NCBI RefSeq assembly: GCF_001458695.1
Contig: NZ_LN885086.1
Coordinates: forward strand, 3,240,001 to 3,272,000
Direction: 5' to 3'
Length of the DNA stretch: 32,000 bases
From: Candidatus Nitrospira inopinata
Lineage (GTDB): Bacteria; Nitrospirota; Nitrospiria; Nitrospirales; Nitrospiraceae
The notes beneath the pieces were generated by a model. It was given only the letters and a program-made list of their open reading frames with translations, made no database searches and was not told where the DNA came from. Made by a program: the position numbers and the translations under genes. Shown one piece after another: positions 7,607 through 15,848 of the stretch. How positions within the stretch are numbered: the stretch's first letter is position 1; the number at the start of each line of letters is the position of its first letter.

Positions 7607-8659
7607 CTACACCTTTGATCCAGGAGCAGTCGGCATCGGCGTGCTCACATGTTTTGTTTTTCCAAGAATGCCCATCACAAAAGGACACCGGAGCAGGGCT
7701 TCGTCGATTCTTTCTCCCTGTTGCTCTTCCACATGCCGGCGATGTCCCAAGTAGTATCCGTAGAGCGCCATCATTCCGCCCACGAATCCTCCGCCGGCGA
7801 CGGAAAAACCGGGGACCAGGGTCGGCCATTGCGCGACAAACAGGCCGACGCCCGTCGCGACCAAATAATAGGTGGACGAAAAAGCGAGCCCCGGCCACCA
7901 CCAATACTTGAAGAGTTCGGATACGCTTGTCGCGGAGAATCGCGCCGTCCATGAGACGCGTCCGTTCATACCGCCGAAATAGGCGCACAAGGTGATCGCG
8001 CCTCCCAGCAACGCGACGGCGAACAATTGCACGATGATCGCCTGCTGTCCCATGACCACGTGATCGAGGGACGCGGCCGCCGCGCCGATCACCGATCCGG
8101 CCGCCACCCAGGGACCGACCTGAGCCGCGCGGCTCCTTATCATGTCTCGCAACGGCGCTCCGTCGGGGAACGTGGGAAACGGTCTCCCCATCGCGGCCAT
8201 CCGGCGCACATGGCCGATCTCAAACGCATCCCGCGCCACCGACGTGCACGCGACCATGATCGCCATCATGGCGGGACCATCCGGATGTTGCAGATAGTCG
8301 TAGCCCACCATCCACAACAGCGCCAACACCAGCAGCGAGAGCTGCGCGCCGTAGACCGCTCCAATCCAGACAACCATCCACGCGAGAACACGTCTGCCGT
8401 CTTGGCGGGCAATCACCCCCCAGGAGGCGGATCGCCCGATCCGGTAAGCGAACAGGGCCGTTGCCATTGCGATCAGACTGCTCAACAAGAGCAATGTCAG
8501 CGGCTCCGCAATCGGCACCAGGTGTTTGGCCGCACGATACACCGCGAAGGCGACCAAGCCCGGCACAAGCATGATCAGCCGTTTCCGTTTTCGGACGGAC
8601 TCCTCCGTCACAGCCAGGCTCAAGCTGGGAAGCACTCGCAAGGCCATCCGATGCAACAT
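7607..8659 (-). CDS. uncharacterised polytopic (about 8-9 TM) membrane protein
   Basis: 350-aa ORF with GGAGGAAAG immediately upstream of the ATG at 8659. It has multiple hydrophobic helices, a WWWPG segment and a GGGFVGGMMALYGYY helix. It is separated from bd-like oxidase B by 1 nt. No family was recognised. Confidence 0.65.
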   Translation of the reverse strand: MLHRMALRVLPSLSLAVTEESVRKRKRLIMLVPGLVAFAVYRAAKHLVPIAEPLTLLLLSSLIAMATALFAYRIGRSASWGVIARQDGRRVLAWMVVWIGAVYGAQLSLLVLALLWMVGYDYLQHPDGPAMMAIMVACTSVARDAFEIGHVRRMAAMGRPFPTFPDGAPLRDMIRSRAAQVGPWVAAGSVIGAAAASLDHVVMGQQAIIVQLFAVALLGGAITLCAYFGGMNGRVSWTARFSATSVSELFKYWWWPGLAFSSTYYLVATGVGLFVAQWPTLVPGFSVAGGGFVGGMMALYGYYLGHRRHVEEQQGERIDEALLRCPFVMGILGKTKHVSTPMPTAPGSKV

Positions 8660-8748
8660 CTTTCCTCCGCCGAACGTGACGCTTGAGGAGAAAAACGGAC
8701 CATGAGTCGCGCGTCGGGTCGCATGTTCCCGATCGACATTTCCGCTAT

Positions 8749-9246
8749 CTAGATCCTCTGAGCTCCCATTCCAAAATACTTCGCTTTGACCTCTTCCATC
8801 AGCGACACGGTCACGACATTCATCCCTCGCTCGACCGCCGTCCGTTCCAGCTCAACCTTCGCCATCGCCCGCACGGCGGCCGGCACTTTTTCCAATCGTC
8901 GTTCCGCTTCCGGCTCCCACTCGATCCGTTCTTCGGATGAGGGGTTGAGGAGCGAGTCATAAGTAATAACCCTTGTTTCTCGGGCTCTGGCCCGCGCTTC
9001 CGCTTCCTGCCGAACGAGTGACGCCAGGTACGGCGGCATTCGGTCCAACCGATGCAGCGCCTCGTCCGTCCACATCAATCGATCGACCAATCCGCCGATG
9101 TTACCGGCCGGCACGTCAACGCCCACCTTCAGTCCGCACCCACGACATTCGGACCGAATAAACCACTGGGCCGCTCCGTCTTCGCAAGCCCGTTCCTCGA
9201 TCCCCTCCGTGTGCATCCACCGCCCACAGCCGCAGGTCAACATCAT
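8749..9246 (-). CDS. Cys-rich protein with two PCP_red (protochlorophyllide reductase B C-terminal-like) domains
   Basis: 165 aa. The N-terminus has CGCG..C..CRGC. There are two repeats of the PCP_red pattern W-x-x-E-A-x-x-x-L-x-x-hP-x-x-hR: WTDEALHRLDRMPPYLASLVRQEAE and WEPEAERRLEKVPAAVRAMAKVELERTAVERGMNVVTVSLMEEVKAKYF. Confidence 0.6.
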   Translation of the reverse strand: MMLTCGCGRWMHTEGIEERACEDGAAQWFIRSECRGCGLKVGVDVPAGNIGGLVDRLMWTDEALHRLDRMPPYLASLVRQEAEARARARETRVITYDSLLNPSSEERIEWEPEAERRLEKVPAAVRAMAKVELERTAVERGMNVVTVSLMEEVKAKYFGMGAQRI

Positions 9247-9352
9247 CCGCTATCCGCCGCTTGCTCCAAAAGCAGCGACCGCAAGGCTCGACTCGCAGCC
9301 GAACCCCTAATTCGCTCAACGGCCATGCGTCGTCGCTTCGCCGCAATGCTTC

Positions 9353-10066
9353 TCATCCGATTTTCCCTGGATAGAGAATGTACAACATCGTGTAGGTGAA
9401 GCTCCCGGTTACGAACAGCACGCAGTAGATTACCATGGTGAACCGACCGAGCGCCCGATGTCGCTGAGCTCCGTCCGGCCATATTCGTTGAATCGCCATC
9501 TCCATCAGCAAAACCACCGTAAAGATGAGCATGAACGCAATCCAGACACTGGACCTCCGCATTGAAAGGCGGTCTGTCAGGTGCAGATAAAGGAGATACG
9601 TTCCTATCAAGCCGCCGACGGCGGTCCACAGCTTGGCGATCGCGCCCCATGAAGCTTGCCTGGGGCCGGCTTTCAGCCGCCGTTTCCCGCCGACAAACGT
9701 TTGGACTCGAAAGCCGAGGACAATGAGATACACCGCCATGATGAGACCGACGATGACGAGGGTAATGTGAAGGATCAGCACGGGGACGAACACGCGGTCG
9801 TACAGTTCCTGAGAACCGCCGAACCCTTCTTTCCCCTCGAACGCCAAGACGCCGAGCTGGCGAAACAGATAATAGACCACAAAGAAACCGGCCATGGAGA
9901 TCATGCCGCCCAACATCAACCAGTGGTGAGCATCGGTGTGTTGCTTGCGAGCCTGCACCCATCCGACGATGAACAAAACAGTAAAGAGCGTCGCCATCAA
10001 TTGGCTCAAGTCCGCCCCCACCGTGGCATGTGTGCCAAAAAATCCAGACTCCCGCAGCCAATCCAT
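9353..10066 (-). CDS. DUF420 (CtaM-like) integral membrane protein, enlarged 6-TM version
   Basis: 237 aa. It has HHWLMLGG, VLILHITLVIVG and a C-terminal HRALGRFTMVIYCVLFVTGSFTYTMLY, matching the DUF420 pattern (H..lm, iL..H, HR.l.r...p.W.yv.vTG...Y). Two extra hydrophobic helices sit between the conserved parts. The overlapping 9243..10061 ORF in another frame is Arg/Gly-rich and was rejected. Confidence 0.65.
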   Translation of the reverse strand: MDWLRESGFFGTHATVGADLSQLMATLFTVLFIVGWVQARKQHTDAHHWLMLGGMISMAGFFVVYYLFRQLGVLAFEGKEGFGGSQELYDRVFVPVLILHITLVIVGLIMAVYLIVLGFRVQTFVGGKRRLKAGPRQASWGAIAKLWTAVGGLIGTYLLYLHLTDRLSMRRSSVWIAFMLIFTVVLLMEMAIQRIWPDGAQRHRALGRFTMVIYCVLFVTGSFTYTMLYILYPGKIG

Positions 10067-10151
10067 CGTCGGATCTCTCTCGTCAGATCGTTCGCCGGCT
10101 GTTTCGGTTCAAAGCACCAGGCCTATTCGTTGTCGCGTCGCATGCCATACG

Positions 10152-11141
10152 TCAGATCGCCCGACTCTTGACGCCCTGGACGACGGCCGTTTTTTCCAAC
10201 TCCGCAATATCGGCAAACCCGGCCCTCGTCATCCATCTCACCGCATCACTGCATCGATAACAACTCCCGGCCTGAGTGTTCACCAGGATGTGCACGGCGA
10301 ACGCGGTCGTCCATGCGGGACCGGTTCCGGCTTCATTAAGGAAACGATCCTTGATGACCAATCGCCCTTGGGGGGCGAGGTGCGCGAATGCTTTTTCGAC
10401 CAACGCTTCATTCGCTTCATCGGTCTGATAATGCAACACGTCGGACATCAACACGACGTCGTAGGGGCCGCCGAGAGGGTCCCGGTTAAAGTCACCGGGG
10501 AGCAGGGCAATCCGCGAGGCCAACCCTCTTTCTTTTACCGTCTTCTCAGTCAGTCGGAGCGTGGTCGGAAGGTCGAACACCGTCGCGGTCAAATCAGGAT
10601 ACACTTCGCAAAACGCGATCGCGTTCGTTCCGGCTCCTCCCCCCAAATCCAACAGACGAACAGGCCCGCTCAATCCAAGGCGTCTCGCCAATTCCGGGCC
10701 GCTCTGCCGGCCGATTCGATCCAATACGGCCAAGACGTTGCCGCCTAATTCCGGATCGGTCTCGAACACGTGTCGATCGACCGCCCGCCTCCCCGTGCGA
10801 ACGGTTTCTTCCAACTTGCCCCAATTGTTCCACTCCGCGTCATGAAGCAGCAGCAAGTGCCCCACATAGTGGGGCGACCGTGGAACAAGATGTTTGTCCG
10901 CGACCGACGAATTGCCGTATCGATCGCCTTCTTTGGCGAGTAATTTCATGGCCACAAGGGCGTTCAGCAAAAGGCGAAGCGTCGGTTCATGGACGCCGAT
11001 CCGGCCTGCGACTTCACCGGCGGTTTTGGGCGTGCCGTCCAGTGCGGAAAACACGTTCAACGTCACCGCGGTTAATAAAATTTTCGTTTCCCAGTAGTAG
11101 CCGAGTTGAAAAATCTCGGCGAGCGAAAGCTCTCGCGACAC
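10152..11141 (-). CDS. class I SAM-dependent O-methyltransferase (family 2, COMT/CrtF-like, with N-terminal dimerisation/wHTH domain)
   Basis: 329 aa with a GTG start. SAM motif LLDLGGGAGTNAIAF; also VFDLP, DVVLMSDVLHY and an N-terminal LNVFSAL..PKTAGEVAGRIGVHEPTLRLLLNALVAMKLL. Confidence 0.85.
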   Translation of the reverse strand: MSRELSLAEIFQLGYYWETKILLTAVTLNVFSALDGTPKTAGEVAGRIGVHEPTLRLLLNALVAMKLLAKEGDRYGNSSVADKHLVPRSPHYVGHLLLLHDAEWNNWGKLEETVRTGRRAVDRHVFETDPELGGNVLAVLDRIGRQSGPELARRLGLSGPVRLLDLGGGAGTNAIAFCEVYPDLTATVFDLPTTLRLTEKTVKERGLASRIALLPGDFNRDPLGGPYDVVLMSDVLHYQTDEANEALVEKAFAHLAPQGRLVIKDRFLNEAGTGPAWTTAFAVHILVNTQAGSCYRCSDAVRWMTRAGFADIAELEKTAVVQGVKSRAI

Positions 11142-11232
11142 ACGTCTCCCCTGTCACTAGAATGCCGAGAAAGAAGGGATCTTACCGAGATCGGAAATCG
11201 AAAGGCAAGGAGCGAGGGGGACCCGATTTCCC

Positions 11233-11271
11233 GCAAAAACACGAAAGGCAGCGGACCAACCGCTGCCTTTC
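11233..11271 (-). terminator. rho-independent terminator of the cupredoxin-like gene
   Basis: Perfect 12-bp stem, GAAAGGCAGCGG (11243-11254) with CCGCTGCCTTTC (11260-11271), and a 5-nt loop. On the minus strand it is followed by GTGTTTTTGCGG. It lies 30 nt past the stop at 11301. Confidence 0.7.
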
Positions 11272-11300
11272 GACGAGACCCGTGAATTGAAAGAAATCGT

Positions 11301-12095
11301 TTACTTGATCTCGGCCTTGAGATTGGCCGTTCCACCATCCGTCACGTCGATCTCAAACTCGATCTTCTTGGCCTTCCCGGCGAACGGATGCCAGGCCACC
11401 ACCTTATGTTTGCCGGCCGGAACGTCCTTGATCTCGAACGAACCGTCTTCCTTCGCCACCGCGTAGTACGGATTGTTCACCGGAAGGAAAAAAGACTGCA
11501 TGAACTCATGCTGATCGCACTGCAAGCGGAAGTAGCCCTCTTTCTCCGCGCCGCCGCGGAACACCACGGGCTTTTCCAGTTTGTCGCCCTTCTTGGCAAG
11601 ACCGATGTTGAAGCCGGTCGCGGAGGTCGCTCCCTTCACCACAAAACTGTGCGGGTTATGAAGCACGCCCGCCACCGATTTGGGATCGTCCGGATCAGCA
11701 TCGAAGTTTTCGACTTTAAACGGCCGATTGTTGACGACAATGCCGCTGAACGGCTGGAAATCGCAGAACTCCGCCTTGACTTCAGTGCCGGCATAGCCGT
11801 CCATGAAGGCTTTGTCTTCGATATCCACCACCGCGACGATCGCGTTCTTTAAACCGCCGTCCTTGCCGACTTCAATCGTCTTGATGAACCGCTTATCTCC
11901 TTCCGCCAAACCCTTGGTCGGAATCTTGTTACAGAAATTCGGGTTGGGGAACTTGGAGAAGAGAAACTCCTTCTGCTCGGACTTTCCGGCGTAGGTGACT
12001 TTGCCGGAAATCGTCCCACCCGCAAACGACGCGACAGGCGCCGCCACCACGGCGACGGCTACCACGCCCAACATGATCGATAACGAACGCCTCAT
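11301..12095 (-). CDS. secreted cupredoxin-like (type-1 copper motif) protein with a C-terminal beta-sandwich (carboxypeptidase-regulatory-like) domain
   Basis: 264 aa with AAGGAGG 7 nt upstream. Signal peptide MRRSLSIMLGVVAVAVVAAPVASFAGG. The candidate T1Cu ligand set is LHNPHSF plus CDQHEFM (C-x2-H-x2-M, the amicyanin spacing). The C-terminal GSFEIKDVPAGKHKVVAWHP is typical of the beta-sandwich fused to these proteins. Confidence 0.6.
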   Translation of the reverse strand: MRRSLSIMLGVVAVAVVAAPVASFAGGTISGKVTYAGKSEQKEFLFSKFPNPNFCNKIPTKGLAEGDKRFIKTIEVGKDGGLKNAIVAVVDIEDKAFMDGYAGTEVKAEFCDFQPFSGIVVNNRPFKVENFDADPDDPKSVAGVLHNPHSFVVKGATSATGFNIGLAKKGDKLEKPVVFRGGAEKEGYFRLQCDQHEFMQSFFLPVNNPYYAVAKEDGSFEIKDVPAGKHKVVAWHPFAGKAKKIEFEIDVTDGGTANLKAEIK

Positions 12096-12523
12096 AACAT
12101 TGCCTCCTTGGTGATGGACTTAGGGATCCCATTGCGTCCCTAGGGAGTCCTCTCCCGGATCCCCCCGATCGACACACGGGAACAGCCTACGCTGGATTGT
12201 GTCAAGACGATCGGCACCGTGCCGGAAAGACTGGCCTAGGACTGTTGACTTGCACGGATATTACCGCACCCAGCCTTTGCAAACAAGACCCAAAATTTCC
12301 GTAGAACGGCGCCCATGAGACCCCCCCCCTCGCCTTCGCTCCTTGGAGACGGCCCTCGCTCTCTACAGATGCCGCTCGCAATTCCCGCATGGCACATGAC
12401 GTGATCCGTCGCCGAATCCCGGCCCTAAAAAAATGAATGGCGAATCGGCCGGCAACCTGCTAAAGTGCCACCCATTCGTTGCCGGTTTTCTTTCTGAGGG
12501 AATCCAGGGTCCGATTCACCTGC

Positions 12524-13474
12524 ATGCTTCACGCATCAAAGTTTTCTAAAGTCTCTTCATCATCCGGTCCTTTTTTCGCAGGGCTTCCCGATCAAACCTC
12601 AACCGGTCCGCGGCGGACCTATCCTCAGTTTGCGACGGTGCTTCTCTTCTGTCTGATCGTAGCCGCGACGGTCATCGGGGTCCCCCTCTTCGGATATCTC
12701 TACGGGTACAATCGGCTTGATTGGATGATGTTCGGCCTGTTGTACGTGGTCACCGGACTGGGCATTACCGTCGGCTACCATCGTTTGATTTCGCACCGCA
12801 GCTTTGCCTGCCCCGATTGGGTCAAAGCGGGGTTGCTGATCGCCGGCGGGTGGGCGCTCCAAAACTCGGCGCTGAAGTGGGGCGCTGACCACATCCGGCA
12901 CCATGCGGCCTGTGATCAAGAAGCCGACCCCTACAATGCGACGCGCGGCTTTTGGTACAGCCACTGTGGATGGCTCTTGGTGGGGCAACGGTACACCGAG
13001 GAGAAATACGCCACACGGCTCCGCCAAGACCCAGTCGTCATGTGGCAACACCGGTACTACGTTCCGATCGTGTTGTCGGGGCTGGCACTGCCATTCGTTG
13101 TCGGATTCTTGCACGGCGGCTGGGGCGGCGGGCTGAGCTGTTTCATGCTGGCCGGTATCGGCCGAACGTTCGCCGTCCTCAATTCCACGTTTTGCATCAA
13201 TTCGATCTGCCATATCTGGGGACGCCAACCGCACAGTCAAGCCGATTCGAGCCGCGACAGTTGGTTGGTGTCGCTGTTGACGTTCGGCGAGGGATACCAC
13301 AACTATCACCACACCTACCCGAGCGACTATCGCAACGGCCCGCGATGGTACAACTTCGACCCTTCGAAATGGCTGATCTCCACTCTCTCGTTCCTGGGGT
13401 TGGCATGGTCGCTCCGAACGGCCGGTGATCCCGCGGCAAAGGGTTCCGGGCTTCGGACTGCGTCCGGCGGATGA
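12524..13474 (+). CDS. membrane fatty-acid (acyl-CoA/acyl-lipid Delta9-type) desaturase
   Basis: Three His boxes typical of Delta9 desaturases: GYHRLISHRSF, HIRHHAACDQEADPYN and GEGYHNYHHTYPSDY. I placed the start at ATG 12524; the track ORF begins at TTG 12479. Confidence 0.85.
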   Translation: MLHASKFSKVSSSSGPFFAGLPDQTSTGPRRTYPQFATVLLFCLIVAATVIGVPLFGYLYGYNRLDWMMFGLLYVVTGLGITVGYHRLISHRSFACPDWVKAGLLIAGGWALQNSALKWGADHIRHHAACDQEADPYNATRGFWYSHCGWLLVGQRYTEEKYATRLRQDPVVMWQHRYYVPIVLSGLALPFVVGFLHGGWGGGLSCFMLAGIGRTFAVLNSTFCINSICHIWGRQPHSQADSSRDSWLVSLLTFGEGYHNYHHTYPSDYRNGPRWYNFDPSKWLISTLSFLGLAWSLRTAGDPAAKGSGLRTASGG

Positions 13475-13497
13475 TGGCAAGCCCTGGGGACAGAAGC

Positions 13498-14379
13498 TTA
13501 ATACTTTCGCAAGGACACGGCGGGGAGATTCCATAATTCCAGACGCACCGCCGTCCACAGCGCGTCGAAGATTCGGTTCAAGTCCGGAGCCGCCTTGGCC
13601 AAGAGTTTGACGGCAAGACCGGGCGCGGCCGGCGTCGAGACTCCCCCCAGCACCTGCCCCGGCCGTTCATCCAGTAGAGACGCCGCTTTCGATTCCAGCC
13701 GATTCCAGACCTCCGGTGCAATCGAGTCACCGACCACGTAGAGCGACGCAACGTAATTCCATGCTTCCGCCAGCCCGACTTGTCCCAAGTCCGTCGAGGG
13801 GTCAAGCCTATATCGTTCCAGAAGCGCCCCTCCAGAAGTCGTCGTAATGTGAACGTCATTCTCCAGAGCGGCAAACGCCCACCGCTCTCCCCGAGCGATT
13901 CGTCCCGCAGCGATAACATCCCACAACATGATCGTCGCACCAGGCTCCAATTGCACGCGAATGATCTGCCGAAACCGTGAGCCGGCAAATGGAATGGTCT
14001 GTTCGGGCAGCCACTCCAGAATCGCGCCCGATCCGACCGTAATCGTGACAATCTGCTCCGACGGTTTCTCTTCCGATCGATAGACACGGTTGGCGGACGG
14101 AGTGGAAATAAGGACGTGCGCCCCCTTATCCAGGTTCAGTTCGATGGAGAGACGGTCTCCCCCCACCAACCCACCGGATGGGTTGACCAGTTGCGTGTAG
14201 GCCGCGCCCGTGTCATCGAGGTACGCGGGAGGAAGCACATGCCAGGGAGTCGTGCAATGCGAGCGCGTCAGGATCGTCCGACCGTCGCGCACACCGTAGG
14301 CAAGCCGCAACACACCGACACGGCCGACCGCTTCGATTCCATCAAGGCCAAGGCGAGTACGCGATCGTTTCCGTGTCAC
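13498..14379 (-). CDS. ureD: urease accessory protein UreD
   Basis: 293 aa, the last gene of the ure cluster. UreD-like features: LRLAYGVRDGRTILTRSHCTTPWHV, NPSGGLVGGD, and a middle region followed by IAAGRIARGE. GTG start with no clear RBS, so the start is uncertain. Confidence 0.8.
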   Translation of the reverse strand: MTRKRSRTRLGLDGIEAVGRVGVLRLAYGVRDGRTILTRSHCTTPWHVLPPAYLDDTGAAYTQLVNPSGGLVGGDRLSIELNLDKGAHVLISTPSANRVYRSEEKPSEQIVTITVGSGAILEWLPEQTIPFAGSRFRQIIRVQLEPGATIMLWDVIAAGRIARGERWAFAALENDVHITTTSGGALLERYRLDPSTDLGQVGLAEAWNYVASLYVVGDSIAPEVWNRLESKAASLLDERPGQVLGGVSTPAAPGLAVKLLAKAAPDLNRIFDALWTAVRLELWNLPAVSLRKY

Positions 14380-14395
14380 AAGCGGGGTATGCCGT

Positions 14396-15082
14396 TCACA
14401 CCGACCGGTTCTTGGCGGGGATGCGCTGCTCGACCCAATTCACGACGACGTCAAGCCCCTCTCCGGTCAATATATTGGTAAAGATGAACGGCAGATCACC
14501 TCTCATACGGCGGGCATCGCGATCCATGATGGATAAATCGGCCCGAACGAAGGGGGCCAGATCCATCTTGTTGATGATCAGGAGGTCTGACCGTGTGATC
14601 CCCGGCCCGCCTTTGCGCGGAATCTTGTCCCCTCCCGCCACGTCGATCACATAGATCACGTAATCCACCAATTCGGGACTGAACGTCGCCGCCAGGTTAT
14701 CGCCGCCGCTTTCCAGAAAGATCAGCTCAACGTCCGGATGATGACGCAACAGATCGTCGATCGCTTCTTGATTATGCGACGCGTCTTCCCGGATCGCCGT
14801 GTGGGGGCAGCCTCCGGTTTCCACCCCCACGATGCGATCAACCGGCAGGGCCGCGCGACTGGTCAAAATCTCCGCGTCGATTTTCGTGAAGATGTCGTTC
14901 GTCACGGCGGCCAGGCTATATCGATCACGGAGGCGACGACACAGTGCTTCGACGAGCGCGGTCTTGCCTGACCCGACCGGTCCTCCCACGCCGATGACCG
15001 GAATACCCTTCGCTCTGGCTTGAGTGGGCTCTACCCCGCCGTGATGATGTCCATGATTCAGATCATGCATAAGAACACCCAC
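14396..15082 (-). CDS. ureG: urease accessory GTPase UreG with a His-rich N-terminus
   Basis: P-loop [13 protein letters not shown]; also [20 protein letters not shown] and NKMDL. The N-terminus is [11 protein letters not shown]. The GTG at 15082 has GAGGAA 8 nt upstream. Confidence 0.95.
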   Translation of the reverse strand: MGVLMHDLNHGHHHGGVEPTQARAKGIPVIGVGGPVGSGKTALVEALCRRLRDRYSLAAVTNDIFTKIDAEILTSRAALPVDRIVGVETGGCPHTAIREDASHNQEAIDDLLRHHPDVELIFLESGGDNLAATFSPELVDYVIYVIDVAGGDKIPRKGGPGITRSDLLIINKMDLAPFVRADLSIMDRDARRMRGDLPFIFTNILTGEGLDVVVNWVEQRIPAKNRSV

Positions 15083-15124
15083 GCATACCGTTCCTCGCCT
15101 GCCCCCTCACTTCCTGTCAATGTC

Positions 15125-15811
15125 TTAAGACCGAAACAGCCTCCACTCCAACTGACCGTGGCGCATGGCATAAATGTCTTGGAGAGGCGACCACGAACTC
15201 ATGGGCGTCTTGACATCAATCTCTCGACTGATGCGATCGATCAATGGAAGCCACTGGCCCAAAACCCGCTGTCCTTCTCGCTGACCGATGGAACAGAGCC
15301 GCATGGCGGCTGACACGAGTCCCACGGCCGTTTGATACAGAAACGCCGCGACCGTTTCTCGACCGCTCCAGCCGCAGGCGCCCAACGTCAATCCCAGACC
15401 GACGGCCAAGTGCCCCGGAGCTCGGCTCGTCTCAACAGCCTCCCGATAGTCAGTTACGATCGCTTGACCAGGCAGTTGGTCCGCGGCGATTTTGATCACC
15501 TGCCGCCCCATCTGGCGGCTGGCCAAGCGGGATTCGCGGCTTAATTTCATGGCGTCCAACTCGTGATCCAGACGGATGGCCGCAGGTAACGAACCGATCG
15601 ATCCGGCTCGACTCGCCGACTTTGCCGCCAGCGCCTCCCGCCGACTCATCCCCCCGCGCAGCAGATCCTCCCCGTACCGAGCCAATTGTTCCGAATCCCG
15701 AACCGCGCCGCCTTGAACAGCCGCTTCCAGTCCCGAAGAAAACGCATATCCCCCGGAGGGGAAAAACGTATCGGTAAATCTCAACCCCTCCAGCAACGCC
15801 CTCGTATTCAT
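15125..15811 (-). CDS. ureF: urease accessory protein UreF
   Basis: LRFTDTFFPSGGYAFSSGLEAAV is the typical UreF N-terminal motif. I placed the start at ATG 15811, downstream of the ureC stop at 15849. The track ORF to 15886 would overlap ureC. Confidence 0.85.
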   Translation of the reverse strand: MNTRALLEGLRFTDTFFPSGGYAFSSGLEAAVQGGAVRDSEQLARYGEDLLRGGMSRREALAAKSASRAGSIGSLPAAIRLDHELDAMKLSRESRLASRQMGRQVIKIAADQLPGQAIVTDYREAVETSRAPGHLAVGLGLTLGACGWSGRETVAAFLYQTAVGLVSAAMRLCSIGQREGQRVLGQWLPLIDRISREIDVKTPMSSWSPLQDIYAMRHGQLEWRLFRS

Positions 15812-15848
15812 TCGGCCGACGCCTTTCTTCTCCGCGGTCTTGCTGTCG

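Noticed and set aside
9243-10061. 272-aa minus-strand ORF overlapping the DUF420 gene in another frame
   Set aside because: It is Arg/Gly/His-rich. The alternative frame gives clean TM helices and DUF420 motifs.
12599-13558. 319-aa minus-strand ORF opposite the desaturase
   Set aside because: The plus-strand frame carries all three desaturase His boxes. The antisense translation is Arg/Pro/Gly-rich with no motif.
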